In this document: positions 18,389 through 28,336 of the stretch, piece after piece
Numbering within the stretch: the stretch's first letter is position 1
Layout: every line of letters begins with the position of its first letter
Virus record (IMG/VR): IMGVR_UViG_3300042997_001997
Span: 1 to 45,586 of that record
Source of the DNA: a virus
Lineage: Duplodnaviria; Caudoviricetes
Length of the DNA: 45,586 nt
Direction: 5' to 3' (one strand)
Program-made: the position numbers and the translations under genes
The notes under the pieces: model-generated
The model's input: only the letters and a program-made list of their open reading frames with translations
Told to the model about the DNA's origin: nothing
Databases searched by the model: none

Positions 18389-18748
18389 TTATTTACCCCA
18401 TTTTCCGTTTCTTACCAATTGTGCGATTACCGAATACACCGATAAGTCTTGGTAGGTGTCTTCCACAGCCTCACCTACGTTATCCTGTGTGCCCAAAACG
18501 ACAAGTTGTTTAATTCTCTGTATCTTGTCATTCATTCGGAAAAATAACCCCATTTGGGATAATTTTCTGTCTTCTTCCTTTGATAAGTCCCTACCTAAGG
18601 AAATGTTATCGGGTCCATAATTTGACTGCTTTTTACAGAAAGTCTCGTATTGATCCCTCATTATTCTTTTAAACTCCCTAGTCATTTCAGGGTACTTTTC
18701 TTCAATTTCCTTAATAACAGGATTGATTTGTTGTTTATCTTCTGACAT
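18389..18748 (-). CDS. DUF1599 / nucleotide-modification-associated (MazG-like) protein
   Basis: KKQSNYG, RMNDKIQRI, EDTYQDLSVY pattern. Confidence 0.75.
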   Translation of the reverse strand: MSEDKQQINPVIKEIEEKYPEMTREFKRIMRDQYETFCKKQSNYGPDNISLGRDLSKEEDRKLSQMGLFFRMNDKIQRIKQLVVLGTQDNVGEAVEDTYQDLSVYSVIAQLVRNGKWGK

Positions 18749-18821
18749 ATATTTGCTATTTATTATAATATAATGAAAAATAAGAGTAATATCAAATATT
18801 TATATAAAAATATATCGAGAC

Positions 18822-19088
18822 ATGGACGTTAAAAAATTAGAAGAAACCGGCAAAGGGAATAATTTTGGTAGTGATAAACCAAAACATAAGCAATTTATTA
18901 AAATGTTAACTTTTAGAGTAGTTCCTGCTTATTATCAGGAAATCGAAAAAGTGGCTAAGAACAAAGGTGAAACGGTGTCTAAATTAATTAGAAGTTACAT
19001 CAAACAGGGTATGTTAAGAGATAAAGAAATTAGTAATCAACAAGGTAGTGAATTTGAGATTGAGCCTTCAAAACCAAATATTAAATAG
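18822..19088 (+). CDS. Ribbon-helix-helix DNA-binding protein
   Basis: MLTFRV...IEKVAKNKGETVSKLIRSYI. Confidence 0.7.
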   Translation: MDVKKLEETGKGNNFGSDKPKHKQFIKMLTFRVVPAYYQEIEKVAKNKGETVSKLIRSYIKQGMLRDKEISNQQGSEFEIEPSKPNIK

Positions 19089-19089
19089 A

Positions 19090-19419
19090 ATGGTGAACGA
19101 AAATCAAGTAAACGACGTATTACAAAGAATTTTAACAGAAGAGGTGTCTAAGGTATCTAGACAAGAGTTTAGTAAAGTCCAATTTAAAATTGATGAATTA
19201 GAAAATTCATTAAGTGAAACAATGAAGGAACTTAGAAAACTAAACGAATCGATACCATCTGGTTTAATGGGTTTAACGAAAAACAGAATTAGTGGGATTT
19301 ACAATAATTTGAATGACTCTCAAAAATTAATTAAAGTCCTCAAAGATAAAGTTAAAAACTACAAACGTAGTTTATACGCACAATCAATAGACGAAAAGAA
19401 AAAAAATGATAAAATTTAG
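19090..19419 (+). CDS. Coiled-coil protein with leader-like MVNENQVNDVLQRILTEE
   Basis: ATG 19090 just after the previous stop. Confidence 0.75.
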   Translation: MVNENQVNDVLQRILTEEVSKVSRQEFSKVQFKIDELENSLSETMKELRKLNESIPSGLMGLTKNRISGIYNNLNDSQKLIKVLKDKVKNYKRSLYAQSIDEKKKNDKI

Positions 19420-19822
19420 TGATATTTTATTGGAGTCTACTCAAAAAATAACATGCAATCATTGTGGTTGGGGGTGGGAGAAATCTAAAGGTGGTAAAGA
19501 TGTCAATGTTTGTCATAAATGTGGACATGACAATACACCTAAATCTTTTGATGAGTTCGCCGAAACAAGAATGAAGGGTGCGGATAAAATAGCCACAAAC
19601 GCAAAAAAGAAAGGTGGTTTAGCGATGTTGACGTATCACCATTTTAATGTTAAGGCACCATATTATAAAGCGGCTGCTGAAGGAAAATTCGACATTAAAA
19701 AAACAAAGAAAGAATTTAACGAATGTGTTAAACAATTAACAGACGATATGGAACAAATTGCATTTCAAAAGTTAGTAGGGCGCATCGAAGTTTTGGGTGA
19801 ATTAATTATTAAACATAGATAA
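19406..19822 (+). CDS. Leader + Zn-ribbon protein
   Basis: MIKFSDILLES; CNHC...CHKC. Confidence 0.8.
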   Translation: MIKFSDILLESTQKITCNHCGWGWEKSKGGKDVNVCHKCGHDNTPKSFDEFAETRMKGADKIATNAKKKGGLAMLTYHHFNVKAPYYKAAAEGKFDIKKTKKEFNECVKQLTDDMEQIAFQKLVGRIEVLGELIIKHR

Positions 19823-20277
19823 TGAAAAAAGATTTAAACGAGGAAATAAATAAAATGAGAACCATGATGGGACTCAACGAACAAAAATTCTTAACCAAGG
19901 TAAAGACGGCAGCGCAAAATCTTGGTAGTAAAATACAAACTGGTGTAAACCAAGTAGCTCAAAAAATAGCGGATAAAACTAAACCACAACCCCAACAACA
20001 AACTACTCAACAACCAATAGCTAAAACAATGGAAGAAGTGCGTAATGAATGGAGTAAAATTAATAGTGATATGAGCAATATGAAAGGATTTGGTTATTCT
20101 AAATCTAAAGACGAACATATTGTTAGAGAAATGGGACAAATGAATGGTAGAATTGCTATAATGAAAAAAATGGGTAAAACTGATGTTACAATTAGCGCAA
20201 GTCCTATTGACGAAAAACTATATAAAGATAAAGATGGTACTTTTCATTATTTGGTAATTATGGAATTAAATGATTAA
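19822..20277 (+). CDS. Hypothetical protein with leader MKKDLNEEINKMRTMMGLNEQ
   Basis: 151-aa coupled ORF. Confidence 0.8.
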   Translation: MKKDLNEEINKMRTMMGLNEQKFLTKVKTAAQNLGSKIQTGVNQVAQKIADKTKPQPQQQTTQQPIAKTMEEVRNEWSKINSDMSNMKGFGYSKSKDEHIVREMGQMNGRIAIMKKMGKTDVTISASPIDEKLYKDKDGTFHYLVIMELND

Positions 20278-20630
20278 TTAAAATCATCATCTTTTAATGC
20301 TTTTTTTCCTTTTTTTGTTAAAAAGAATGTTTCTTCAGTTGTATTATCTTCATAAGATCCAACTAACCCCTTATCTTTCAATTCATATAAGATACTTCCA
20401 GCGATTAATTCTTTTAAAATCACCTCAAATTCGGATTCGGTAAATAAAAGAACGTTACCGATTTCATCTTCTTCCAATTCCCCGTTTATAAATTTTTCTG
20501 TTAATTTATCACATAAATATTCTTTAGCAAAATCTAAAGATTCAATCTCGTAATCATTAAAAAAATCAATTAAAGATTCGATAATATCGTTAGTTTTTTC
20601 AATAACTATAGGTTGGTATATTTTATTCAT
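20274..20630 (-). CDS. Acidic hypothetical protein, winged-helix-like C-terminus
   Basis: LYELKDKGLV...FFLTKKGK. Confidence 0.7.
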   Translation of the reverse strand: MNKIYQPIVIEKTNDIIESLIDFFNDYEIESLDFAKEYLCDKLTEKFINGELEEDEIGNVLLFTESEFEVILKELIAGSILYELKDKGLVGSYEDNTTEETFFLTKKGKKALKDDDFN

Positions 20631-20737
20631 TATATGTGTTTTATATTATAAATAATAAGAAAAAAGTTCAGTAAAAAAAAATTATGGGTTGGTAATGTGC
20701 ATAACTTTCCTTATATTAATCTAATAAAATATACTAA

Positions 20738-21988
20738 ATGGGAAACGGAAAAATCTTCATTCAAATTGCATCTTATAGAGATCCGCAGTTAATTCCAACA
20801 ATTAAAGATTGTATCAAAAATGCTAAAAAACCTGAAAAATTGGTTTTTTCAATTGCTTGGCAACATTCATCGGAAGATGTGTGGGATAATTTAGACGAGT
20901 TTAAAGACGATAAGAGATTTAAAATTGTGGATATTAATTATTCAGAATCTAAAGGAGCTTGTTGGGCAAGAAACCAATTACAGCAAAATTATAGCGGAGA
21001 AGAATACACACTTCAATTGGATTCGCATCATAGATTTATTGAAAATTGGGATGAGGAGTTAATTTTAATGTATAAACAATTGGTTAAGAAGGGACATAAA
21101 AAACCACTATTAACAGGTTACGTATCATCATTTGATCCTGATAATGATCCAGGGGCAAGAACTCAACAACCTTGGAAAATGAATTTTGATAGATTTATTC
21201 CTGAGGGTGCTGTATTCTTTTTACCTGCAACAATTGATGATTATAAAGAAAGAACTGAACCGATTCCTGCGAGATTTTACTCAGCGCATTTTGCGTTTAG
21301 TACTGGAAAATTTGCACAAGAAGTTCCACATGATCCTGAATATTATTTTCATGGGGAAGAAATATCAATTGCTGTAAGAGCGTATACACATGGTTATGAT
21401 TTATTTCACCCACATAAAGTAATTGTTTGGCATGAATACACTCGTAAGGGTAGAAAAAAACAATGGGACGATGATAAACAATGGGTAAGTAAGAACGTAC
21501 ATTGTCATAGTCGTAATCGTAAACTATTTGGAATGGATGGTGAAGTAAAAGATGTTGACTTTGGAATATATGATTTTGGAAAAGAAAGGACGTTAGAAGA
21601 TTATGAGAGATACGCAGGTTTATCATTTAAAAAAAGAGCAATTCAGCAATACACTTTGGATAATAAATTAGCACCAAATCCACCATTATTTGGTGAAGAT
21701 TTTGAAAAGTCATTTTTATCTATTTTTAAACATTGTATTGACATTGGTTTTGATAAAGTTCCTGAAACAGATTATGAATTTTGGGTAGTCGCATTTCACA
21801 ATGAAAAAGACGAAACATTATTTAGGAAAGACGCGGACTCAAATGAAATCAAACAAATTAAATCTGACATTGATGGATACGGTAAAATTTGGAGAGAATT
21901 TCAAACAGAAACTAAACCAAAATATTGGGTTGTGTGGCCATATAGCACATCTAAAGGATGGTGTGAAAGATTAACAGGAGATTTATAA
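20738..21988 (+). CDS. GT60-like (Skp1/polypeptide alpha-GlcNAc transferase, 'GlcNAc' family) glycosyltransferase
   Basis: IFIQIASYRDP, SKGACWAR, LQLDSHHRF..NWD, SAHFAF, FHGEE, RAYTHGYDLF. Confidence 0.85.
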   Translation: MGNGKIFIQIASYRDPQLIPTIKDCIKNAKKPEKLVFSIAWQHSSEDVWDNLDEFKDDKRFKIVDINYSESKGACWARNQLQQNYSGEEYTLQLDSHHRFIENWDEELILMYKQLVKKGHKKPLLTGYVSSFDPDNDPGARTQQPWKMNFDRFIPEGAVFFLPATIDDYKERTEPIPARFYSAHFAFSTGKFAQEVPHDPEYYFHGEEISIAVRAYTHGYDLFHPHKVIVWHEYTRKGRKKQWDDDKQWVSKNVHCHSRNRKLFGMDGEVKDVDFGIYDFGKERTLEDYERYAGLSFKKRAIQQYTLDNKLAPNPPLFGEDFEKSFLSIFKHCIDIGFDKVPETDYEFWVVAFHNEKDETLFRKDADSNEIKQIKSDIDGYGKIWREFQTETKPKYWVVWPYSTSKGWCERLTGDL

Positions 21989-21989
21989 T

Positions 21990-22550
21990 ATGAAAAGTTT
22001 ATTTGAAAATATTAGTAATGAAATTTTAGACGCTATAGATATGTCTATGTTTGAATTCATAAAAAATGATGAGTATCAAAAATACTATACTGATAAATCG
22101 TCAAAAGAACATTATAGATTATTAACATACCTATCTAATCAATTTAATAATGAAGTTTTTTTAGATATCGGGACACTTAAAGGGTGCTCAGCATTAGCGC
22201 TTTCTACAAATCAAACAAATAACGTACATTCTTTTAATTTGGCTGAACAGAGGGAATTATCGGAAGGGATAAACAATATTGAATTTTATATTGATGACAT
22301 TATTAATGGGAAATATGATAGTTTGATTTTAAAATCTAAATTGATTTTATTAGACACATTTCACGACGGTTCGTTTGAACTAATGTTTTATAATTATATT
22401 AAGAATTTAGGATATGTGGGAACACTTATTTTAGATGACATATATTTAAATAATGATATGATAAATTTTTGGAATCAAATTAATGATGACAAAATCGATG
22501 CAACAAATATCGGACACTCAACAGGCACAGGAGTTGTGTTTTTAAAATAA
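21990..22550 (+). CDS. Class I SAM-dependent methyltransferase
   Basis: FLDIGTLKGCSA, LLDTFHDG, LILDDI. Confidence 0.8.
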   Translation: MKSLFENISNEILDAIDMSMFEFIKNDEYQKYYTDKSSKEHYRLLTYLSNQFNNEVFLDIGTLKGCSALALSTNQTNNVHSFNLAEQRELSEGINNIEFYIDDIINGKYDSLILKSKLILLDTFHDGSFELMFYNYIKNLGYVGTLILDDIYLNNDMINFWNQINDDKIDATNIGHSTGTGVVFLK

Positions 22551-22555
22551 AACCT

Positions 22556-23188
22556 ATGATAGAAAAATGGGGTTATAATGGCACGAAGAACTTAATTGGT
22601 TCGGTAAAAGAATTGATAACAAACAATAATTACAATTCAGTTGACGTTGGCGCAAGCGCTCAGCCATGGACATACCCAGAGTGTAAAACTTTTATTGATA
22701 CTGTGTCTCCAAGTATTGGGGATGTAAATTTTATTAAAGTAAATTTAGAGGACGAAGATTCAAGAAACGAATTTTTAAAATATATAGAACAAAACGGTAA
22801 GTTTGACTTTTCGGTTTGTTCACACACAATTGAAGATATTTTTAACCCAATAGATGCTATTAAATTTTTAACGAAAATATCTAAAAGAGGATACCTTTCC
22901 ATACCTTCAAAATATAACGAATTTAAAAAATTATTTAACAACAATTACAGAGGTAACGCACACCATAAGCAATTTTTTGATGTTATAGATAATAAATTAA
23001 TTATATATCCAAAGTTTTCATTTATTGAGAACGACGAGAGAAGTGAGAAATTAATTGGACAATATAAAGGTGATGAACTGACAATTTTTTGGGAGGATAG
23101 TATTGATTTTGAGATATTTGGTAACGGAACTCCGTTTAATGGTGATAACGATTTAATACATAATTTCTACAACCAACTATTAGATTAA
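22556..23188 (+). CDS. Class I SAM-dependent methyltransferase-like protein
   Basis: VDVGAS, FDFSVCSHTIEDIFNP. Confidence 0.75.
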   Translation: MIEKWGYNGTKNLIGSVKELITNNNYNSVDVGASAQPWTYPECKTFIDTVSPSIGDVNFIKVNLEDEDSRNEFLKYIEQNGKFDFSVCSHTIEDIFNPIDAIKFLTKISKRGYLSIPSKYNEFKKLFNNNYRGNAHHKQFFDVIDNKLIIYPKFSFIENDERSEKLIGQYKGDELTIFWEDSIDFEIFGNGTPFNGDNDLIHNFYNQLLD

Positions 23189-23889
23189 TGAAAAAAACTG
23201 CCGTTGTTACCGTACTTTTTGACTACCCAGAACATTTTATACCTGTATTTCAAAATAAACTATTAAACGATATTAACCCGAATGATTATTATGTTGTTAG
23301 ATACATGAGTAAGGATGAAGGTATTGCGGATGAAAGTTATTATTATAAATTCACATACTTTAGGATAAGAAAGTTTATTAAATTTATAGAAGAAAAGATA
23401 TTAAATAACTACGATTATTTCATTCTACTTGACGCTACTGATGTTGCATATGTTGGTGGTATTAGTAACATTGATTCGATTATGACGGAATATAATTGTG
23501 ATATACTTTTTGGTGCGGAAAGAAATTTATGGCCTAATACAGAATATAGTCATTTACATGATAAGAAAAATATTACCACACCTTATAAATTTTTAAATGC
23601 GGGTGTTTTTTGTGCTAAACCCGAATCGTATGTTAAACACATTTACAATATATTAGAAAGAAAATTATTCGGTTTATGTGATCAAGGTAATTGGCAAATT
23701 GAATATTTGTTAAATGAAAACATTGAATTGGATTATAAAAATAAATTAACGTTAAATACTTATTTGGGTAAAGAGGATTTTGCATTGGAAGATAGTAAAA
23801 TAAAATTCTTAACTAATGAACCGATTTTTGTTCACGATAATGGTGGTTATAATGACGAGACAATTAAAATAGTAGATTATTTCAAATGA
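23188..23889 (+). CDS. PLOD/LH3-type GT-A glycosyltransferase domain protein
   Basis: LLDATDV, ILFGAERNLWP, YKFLNAGVF, DQG, PIFVHDNG. Confidence 0.75.
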   Translation: MKKTAVVTVLFDYPEHFIPVFQNKLLNDINPNDYYVVRYMSKDEGIADESYYYKFTYFRIRKFIKFIEEKILNNYDYFILLDATDVAYVGGISNIDSIMTEYNCDILFGAERNLWPNTEYSHLHDKKNITTPYKFLNAGVFCAKPESYVKHIYNILERKLFGLCDQGNWQIEYLLNENIELDYKNKLTLNTYLGKEDFALEDSKIKFLTNEPIFVHDNGGYNDETIKIVDYFK

Positions 23890-24869
23890 GAACAGTAAGA
23901 ATTACAAGACAGGGATTACCAAACCACGGACAGCATAGTTGGATAAATTATTTTAAATTTATATTGTCAAAAAAATATAATGTTATTGTTGATCCAATAA
24001 ACCCCGATGTTATCATACACAGTGATTTAAACTGTAATGAAACTCAAATAGACACATATACTGGACAATTACCAAGTCAATTTAATCAAAGCGATAGGAA
24101 TAAGAAATTTATTTACATATCTGGTGAAGTCGCTGATTTTATGTCACCAATTAACGCAAATGAAAATCAATGGGCTTTAGGATATAATAAAATCGAACAC
24201 CCAAGGTACTTAAGACAACCTTCAGGGGTATTGGATGTGTGGACATTATTTGATGAATCAAGATTAGTTGATAGTCCATTAAATTGGTTAACCGATAAAC
24301 GAGACTTTGAGGTTATATCAAAAAGAAATATTGGCTTCTGTTCAATAACACAAGCATCAAATAATGACTTTAGAGGCGTCATTTTTGACAAATTATCGGA
24401 ATATAAGGAAGTAAGTTCATCTGGACCTTGGAGACAAAATTTACAGGGTAATAATACGTTAAACAAGTATCAATGGATGAACCCATTATACAATGGAAGA
24501 ATTGACGGTTTAACCTACAGAGAAAAAATTGACTTATTTAAAAAATATAAGTTCAATATGGCAATTCACTATACAAATACGGACTACATTTTACAAGAGA
24601 AAATATACCATGCTTTCTTTAGTGGAGCAATACCGATTTTTTATGGTAATCAATATATTTTAGAAGAGGGGTTTAATCCAGAAAGTTTTATAAACTTACA
24701 CGATTATACCGAATTGGGTGAATTTTTAGAATTGGTTAAACGTATCGATACTGATGATATGCTGTATAAAAAATACATCGATGCTCCAATTTTTGTTGAC
24801 AATAAATTACCGGATTACTATGACTTTGAGTATACTCTTAGTTTTTTAGAAAAAATTATAGAAGCATAA
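23886..24869 (+). CDS. GT10 (alpha-1,3/4-fucosyltransferase-like) glycosyltransferase
   Basis: YISGE, KIDLFKKYKFNMAI...DYILQEKIYHAFFSGAIPIFYG, FNPESFIN. Confidence 0.8.
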   Translation: MRTVRITRQGLPNHGQHSWINYFKFILSKKYNVIVDPINPDVIIHSDLNCNETQIDTYTGQLPSQFNQSDRNKKFIYISGEVADFMSPINANENQWALGYNKIEHPRYLRQPSGVLDVWTLFDESRLVDSPLNWLTDKRDFEVISKRNIGFCSITQASNNDFRGVIFDKLSEYKEVSSSGPWRQNLQGNNTLNKYQWMNPLYNGRIDGLTYREKIDLFKKYKFNMAIHYTNTDYILQEKIYHAFFSGAIPIFYGNQYILEEGFNPESFINLHDYTELGEFLELVKRIDTDDMLYKKYIDAPIFVDNKLPDYYDFEYTLSFLEKIIEA

Positions 24870-25582
24870 TGAAATATATATTTACAACATTAGCCGTAGG
24901 TGAATCATATCTTAGTAACGCATCAAAATGTTATACTGAGTATAGTGAAAAGTGCTCAGCGGACTTTAACATCACAACAAATGAAAAATGTGAGGTTGGC
25001 TCAAAAGTTAATTTAGATTTAATTAAATTAGACAAATATCATGATAATGGTGTTGGTTTTACTTTTTTTTTAAATTTAAAAGTATTATCTTTAAAATATT
25101 GTTTGGATAAGGGGTATGATTATATTATATATAATGATGCTGATTGGAGAATGACAGACAATTTTAGTGAGGATAAATTGTTTAATTTATTTGATAGAAT
25201 GGAACAAAACAATTTAGATTTCGTTTTTGAAAGACCCGCACTAATTGGTGGACACAAGGCTGATATGAGCAATTGTTTTTTTGATAGGAAATTAAAAGAC
25301 TATCACGTTTTTGAACATACAAAATGGGACAATGCTCACGTTGTTAATGAACAATTTATGGTATTTAAAAATACGTGGAAATTTAGATATTTTGTTAGAA
25401 GATGGGAAGAATTTCTATGGTATTCAATACATAATGATATAAGAAATTATCCCGATGGATTTGACATTGGGGTATCAGCTTTAGAAGCTGAAATGAAATG
25501 GGATTGGAATTTGTTTAGGGAATGTGTGCCAAACAGTTTTGAGTTTCATGATAAGGCGGGAAATTTACACGTAAGATTTTAA
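24869..25582 (+). CDS. Putative GT-A glycosyltransferase
   Basis: FTTLAVGESY start, YDYIIYNDAD DxD motif, operon context. Confidence 0.6.
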   Translation: MKYIFTTLAVGESYLSNASKCYTEYSEKCSADFNITTNEKCEVGSKVNLDLIKLDKYHDNGVGFTFFLNLKVLSLKYCLDKGYDYIIYNDADWRMTDNFSEDKLFNLFDRMEQNNLDFVFERPALIGGHKADMSNCFFDRKLKDYHVFEHTKWDNAHVVNEQFMVFKNTWKFRYFVRRWEEFLWYSIHNDIRNYPDGFDIGVSALEAEMKWDWNLFRECVPNSFEFHDKAGNLHVRF

Positions 25583-25584
25583 AT

Positions 25585-26214
25585 ATGAATATACAAGAAA
25601 ATATAACTAGGTTTACTGATTTAGAAAACAATGACAGTTTATCTGCATTTATGAACCACACAGCGCAGCAATCGCATTTTGCATATGAGGTTTTTTATAA
25701 CTTCATAAAAGAAACTAAACCAAAAAGAATTTTGGAGATTGGTACAGCCCTTGGAGGTTTTACTGAATTTCTTTTCATCATTATAAATGAATTGGAATTG
25801 GACACTAAAATTATATCATATGATATTTCTGAAAGACCATGGTATAGTCAAATGATAGATAAAGGTATCGATATTAGAGTTGAAAATATTTTTTCATACG
25901 ATTGGGATAGTGTAAAACCCGAGGTTGAGGAATTTATTAAAGATGATGGAACTACAATTGTTTTATGTGATGGTGGTTGGAAAATCGGTGAATTTAATTT
26001 ACTATCGCAGTATATCAAATCAGGGGATTTTATTTTAGCACATGACTACGCAGAAAATAATGTTGTATTTGAAGAAAAGATTAAAAATAAAATTTGGAAT
26101 TGGCATGAAATCCAAGACTCCGATATTAGCGAAGCTTGTCAAAAAAATAACATAGAACTATATCAAAAAGATGTTTTCGAGGGAGCTGCGTGGACGTGCA
26201 GAGTAAAAAAATAA
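25585..26214 (+). CDS. Class I SAM methyltransferase (CmcI/Methyltransf_24-like)
   Basis: PKRILEIGTALGG, VLCDGG, GDFILAHD. Confidence 0.8.
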   Translation: MNIQENITRFTDLENNDSLSAFMNHTAQQSHFAYEVFYNFIKETKPKRILEIGTALGGFTEFLFIIINELELDTKIISYDISERPWYSQMIDKGIDIRVENIFSYDWDSVKPEVEEFIKDDGTTIVLCDGGWKIGEFNLLSQYIKSGDFILAHDYAENNVVFEEKIKNKIWNWHEIQDSDISEACQKNNIELYQKDVFEGAAWTCRVKK

Positions 26215-26221
26215 TTTTATT

Positions 26222-27898
26222 ATGTCTAATATTACTATTGTTACAGGTATTTGGGATATTAAGAGAAGTGAACTTTCAGAAGGGTGGAGTCGATCATTTG
26301 AACACTATTTAAATCATTTATCTAACTTAATGAAGGTTGAGGATAATATGATAATTTATATTGAGGAACAATATAAAAGTTTTGTTGAAGAAAGGAGAAA
26401 GAGTGAGAATACGTTGATAATTGTCAGAGAACTTGAATGGTTTAAATCTAACGAAATAATTTATAATAAAATTCAATCTATTAGAACAAATCCCGATTGG
26501 TATAACCAAGTCGGTTGGTTAGCTGAAAGTACGCAGGCAAAGTTAGAAATGTATAACCCAATTGTAATGTCTAAAATGTTTCTATTAAATGACGCATCAA
26601 TTATGGATCCATTTAATTCCACTAACTTAATTTGGGTTGATGGTGGATTGACAAATACGGTACATCAAGGATATTTTTGGCACGATAAAGTAATCGATAA
26701 TTTAGAAAAGTATTTAAATAAATTTTCATTTGTTTGTTTTCCGTATGATGGTAAAATTGAAATACATGGGTTTAAATATGAAGATATTTGTAGATATGCC
26801 GAAGATGATGTTAACAAAGTCGCAAGAGGTGGCATATTCGGTGGTCCAAAACATTTAATTTCACAAATAAATCAAATTTACTATAACTTACTAAATGAAA
26901 CCCTTTCAAATAATTTGATGGGGACTGAAGAAAGTTTGTTTACAATAATGACATATAAACATCCTGAGTTAATACAATATTTTGAAATTGGAATGGATGG
27001 TTTATTGGGTACTTTTTTTGAAAACCTGAAAAACAACACGTTGGTTGTTAAGCAAGAAAAGGCAGATACTATTAAAATTAACCCACATAGTAGAGATAAT
27101 GTTGCGTTGTATGTGTTGACATATAACTCACCAAATCAATTTGAAAAGCTTTGTTTATCTTTTGAAACATATGATAATAACTTCTTAGATAAACCTAAAA
27201 AATATCTATTAAATAATTCAATAGATAGATCAACGGACTTGGCATATGCTGAACTTTGTGATAGATATGGTTTTGAAGAGATTAAAAAAGATAACATAGG
27301 TATTTGTGGTGGGAGACAATTTATTGCGGAACATTCGGATGAAAATGGTTTTGATTATCATTTCTTTTTTGAAGACGATATGTTTTTTTATATGGGACCT
27401 GATGAATTTTGTAGAAATGGATTCAGAAGAAAGATAAAAGATTTTTATAACATCGTGATGGATATTGTGTGGAATGAAAATTTTGATTACCTTAAATGGA
27501 ATTTCAGTGAGTTTTTTGGCGACAACACAAAACAATGGGCTTGGCATAACGTGCCTGCGGGAGTTAGAGCAAGTTTATTTCCTGAAAAACCCGTTAAAAT
27601 AACTTCAGATCATAACATGGCGCCATTTCTAAAATTCAAAAACATTAAATCATATAAATCTGTTCCTTATGCAACTGGTGAAATTTATTATTGCAACTGG
27701 CCTCAAGTAGTGTCAAGGGAAGGTAATAGAAAAATGTTCTTAGAAACAAAATGGGCTCATCCTTTTGAGCAAACTTGGATGTCTTTTATTTATCAAGAAA
27801 CGATAAAGGGTAATATTAACCCGTCAATACTTTTGGCAACACCAACAGAACATGATAGATTTGAATTCTATCCAGGTAGTGAAAGAAGAGAAAATTAA
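26222..27898 (+). CDS. HtrL/YibB-like glycosyltransferase fused to a second GT-A domain
   Basis: TIVTGIWDIKR, SKMFLL, WVDGG, RGGIFGG, MGTEE; C-terminal half YVLTYN...FFEDD. Confidence 0.75.
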   Translation: MSNITIVTGIWDIKRSELSEGWSRSFEHYLNHLSNLMKVEDNMIIYIEEQYKSFVEERRKSENTLIIVRELEWFKSNEIIYNKIQSIRTNPDWYNQVGWLAESTQAKLEMYNPIVMSKMFLLNDASIMDPFNSTNLIWVDGGLTNTVHQGYFWHDKVIDNLEKYLNKFSFVCFPYDGKIEIHGFKYEDICRYAEDDVNKVARGGIFGGPKHLISQINQIYYNLLNETLSNNLMGTEESLFTIMTYKHPELIQYFEIGMDGLLGTFFENLKNNTLVVKQEKADTIKINPHSRDNVALYVLTYNSPNQFEKLCLSFETYDNNFLDKPKKYLLNNSIDRSTDLAYAELCDRYGFEEIKKDNIGICGGRQFIAEHSDENGFDYHFFFEDDMFFYMGPDEFCRNGFRRKIKDFYNIVMDIVWNENFDYLKWNFSEFFGDNTKQWAWHNVPAGVRASLFPEKPVKITSDHNMAPFLKFKNIKSYKSVPYATGEIYYCNWPQVVSREGNRKMFLETKWAHPFEQTWMSFIYQETIKGNINPSILLATPTEHDRFEFYPGSERREN

Positions 27899-27949
27899 TA
27901 TATTTATTACTATACCATAAAAGTCTAAACAAACCACAGATGACAGACG

Positions 27950-28195
27950 GTGATAGTAAAACATATAAGAAATTTAAAAAAACGAGAAAATCGAATCCCG
28001 TTTCTAAAAGACATATTTTTAATGTTGGCTCTGTTCTTCAATCCTTTTGGGTTCGATGCCGTACAATATTCCCTAATATTACTGACAGGGAGTTTATGGA
28101 AAGCCAATTTCGTATTGTATTGTATTGCGGGATTCTTTTTTGGTTTATATATCTATTGTTCCAAATTATCACGTAAACAAAAAACCCCCTATTAG
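27950..28195 (+). CDS. Small two-TM membrane protein
   Basis: Two hydrophobic stretches; TATTTAT at 27901; start uncertain (GTG). Confidence 0.6.
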   Translation: MIVKHIRNLKKRENRIPFLKDIFLMLALFFNPFGFDAVQYSLILLTGSLWKANFVLYCIAGFFFGLYIYCSKLSRKQKTPY

Positions 28196-28335
28196 GAGGT
28201 TTTCTTTTTTTCTTCTTCGGGTTTTTTAAGTCCTTTTTTTAAATCGTCCTTTTTAATCAAGTCTGTTTTAATTGCATCTTTGTGTTGCTGTGAGATTTTC
28301 TTTTTTTCTTCTTGCGACATTTTAAATGTGCTCAT
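28192..28335 (-). CDS. 47-aa charged peptide MSTFKMSQEEKKKISQQHKDA... (not in ORF track)
   Basis: Starts 1 nt after the upstream stop and fills the gap; N-terminus resembles the FxLTExERxxI leader. Confidence 0.65.
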   Translation of the reverse strand: MSTFKMSQEEKKKISQQHKDAIKTDLIKKDDLKKGLKKPEEEKKKTS

Positions 28336-28336
28336 A

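Noticed and set aside
20738-27898. Bacterial O-antigen/capsule locus or eukaryotic giant-virus origin
   Set aside because: No transport or sugar-nucleotide genes; tmRNA, endolysin, PG-binding domains and bacterial terminators point to a bacteriophage.
27940-28176. Alternative-frame 78-aa ORF
   Set aside because: The overlapping 27950 frame gives a coherent two-TM protein reaching the convergent stop; not fully excluded because 27940 has an ATG.
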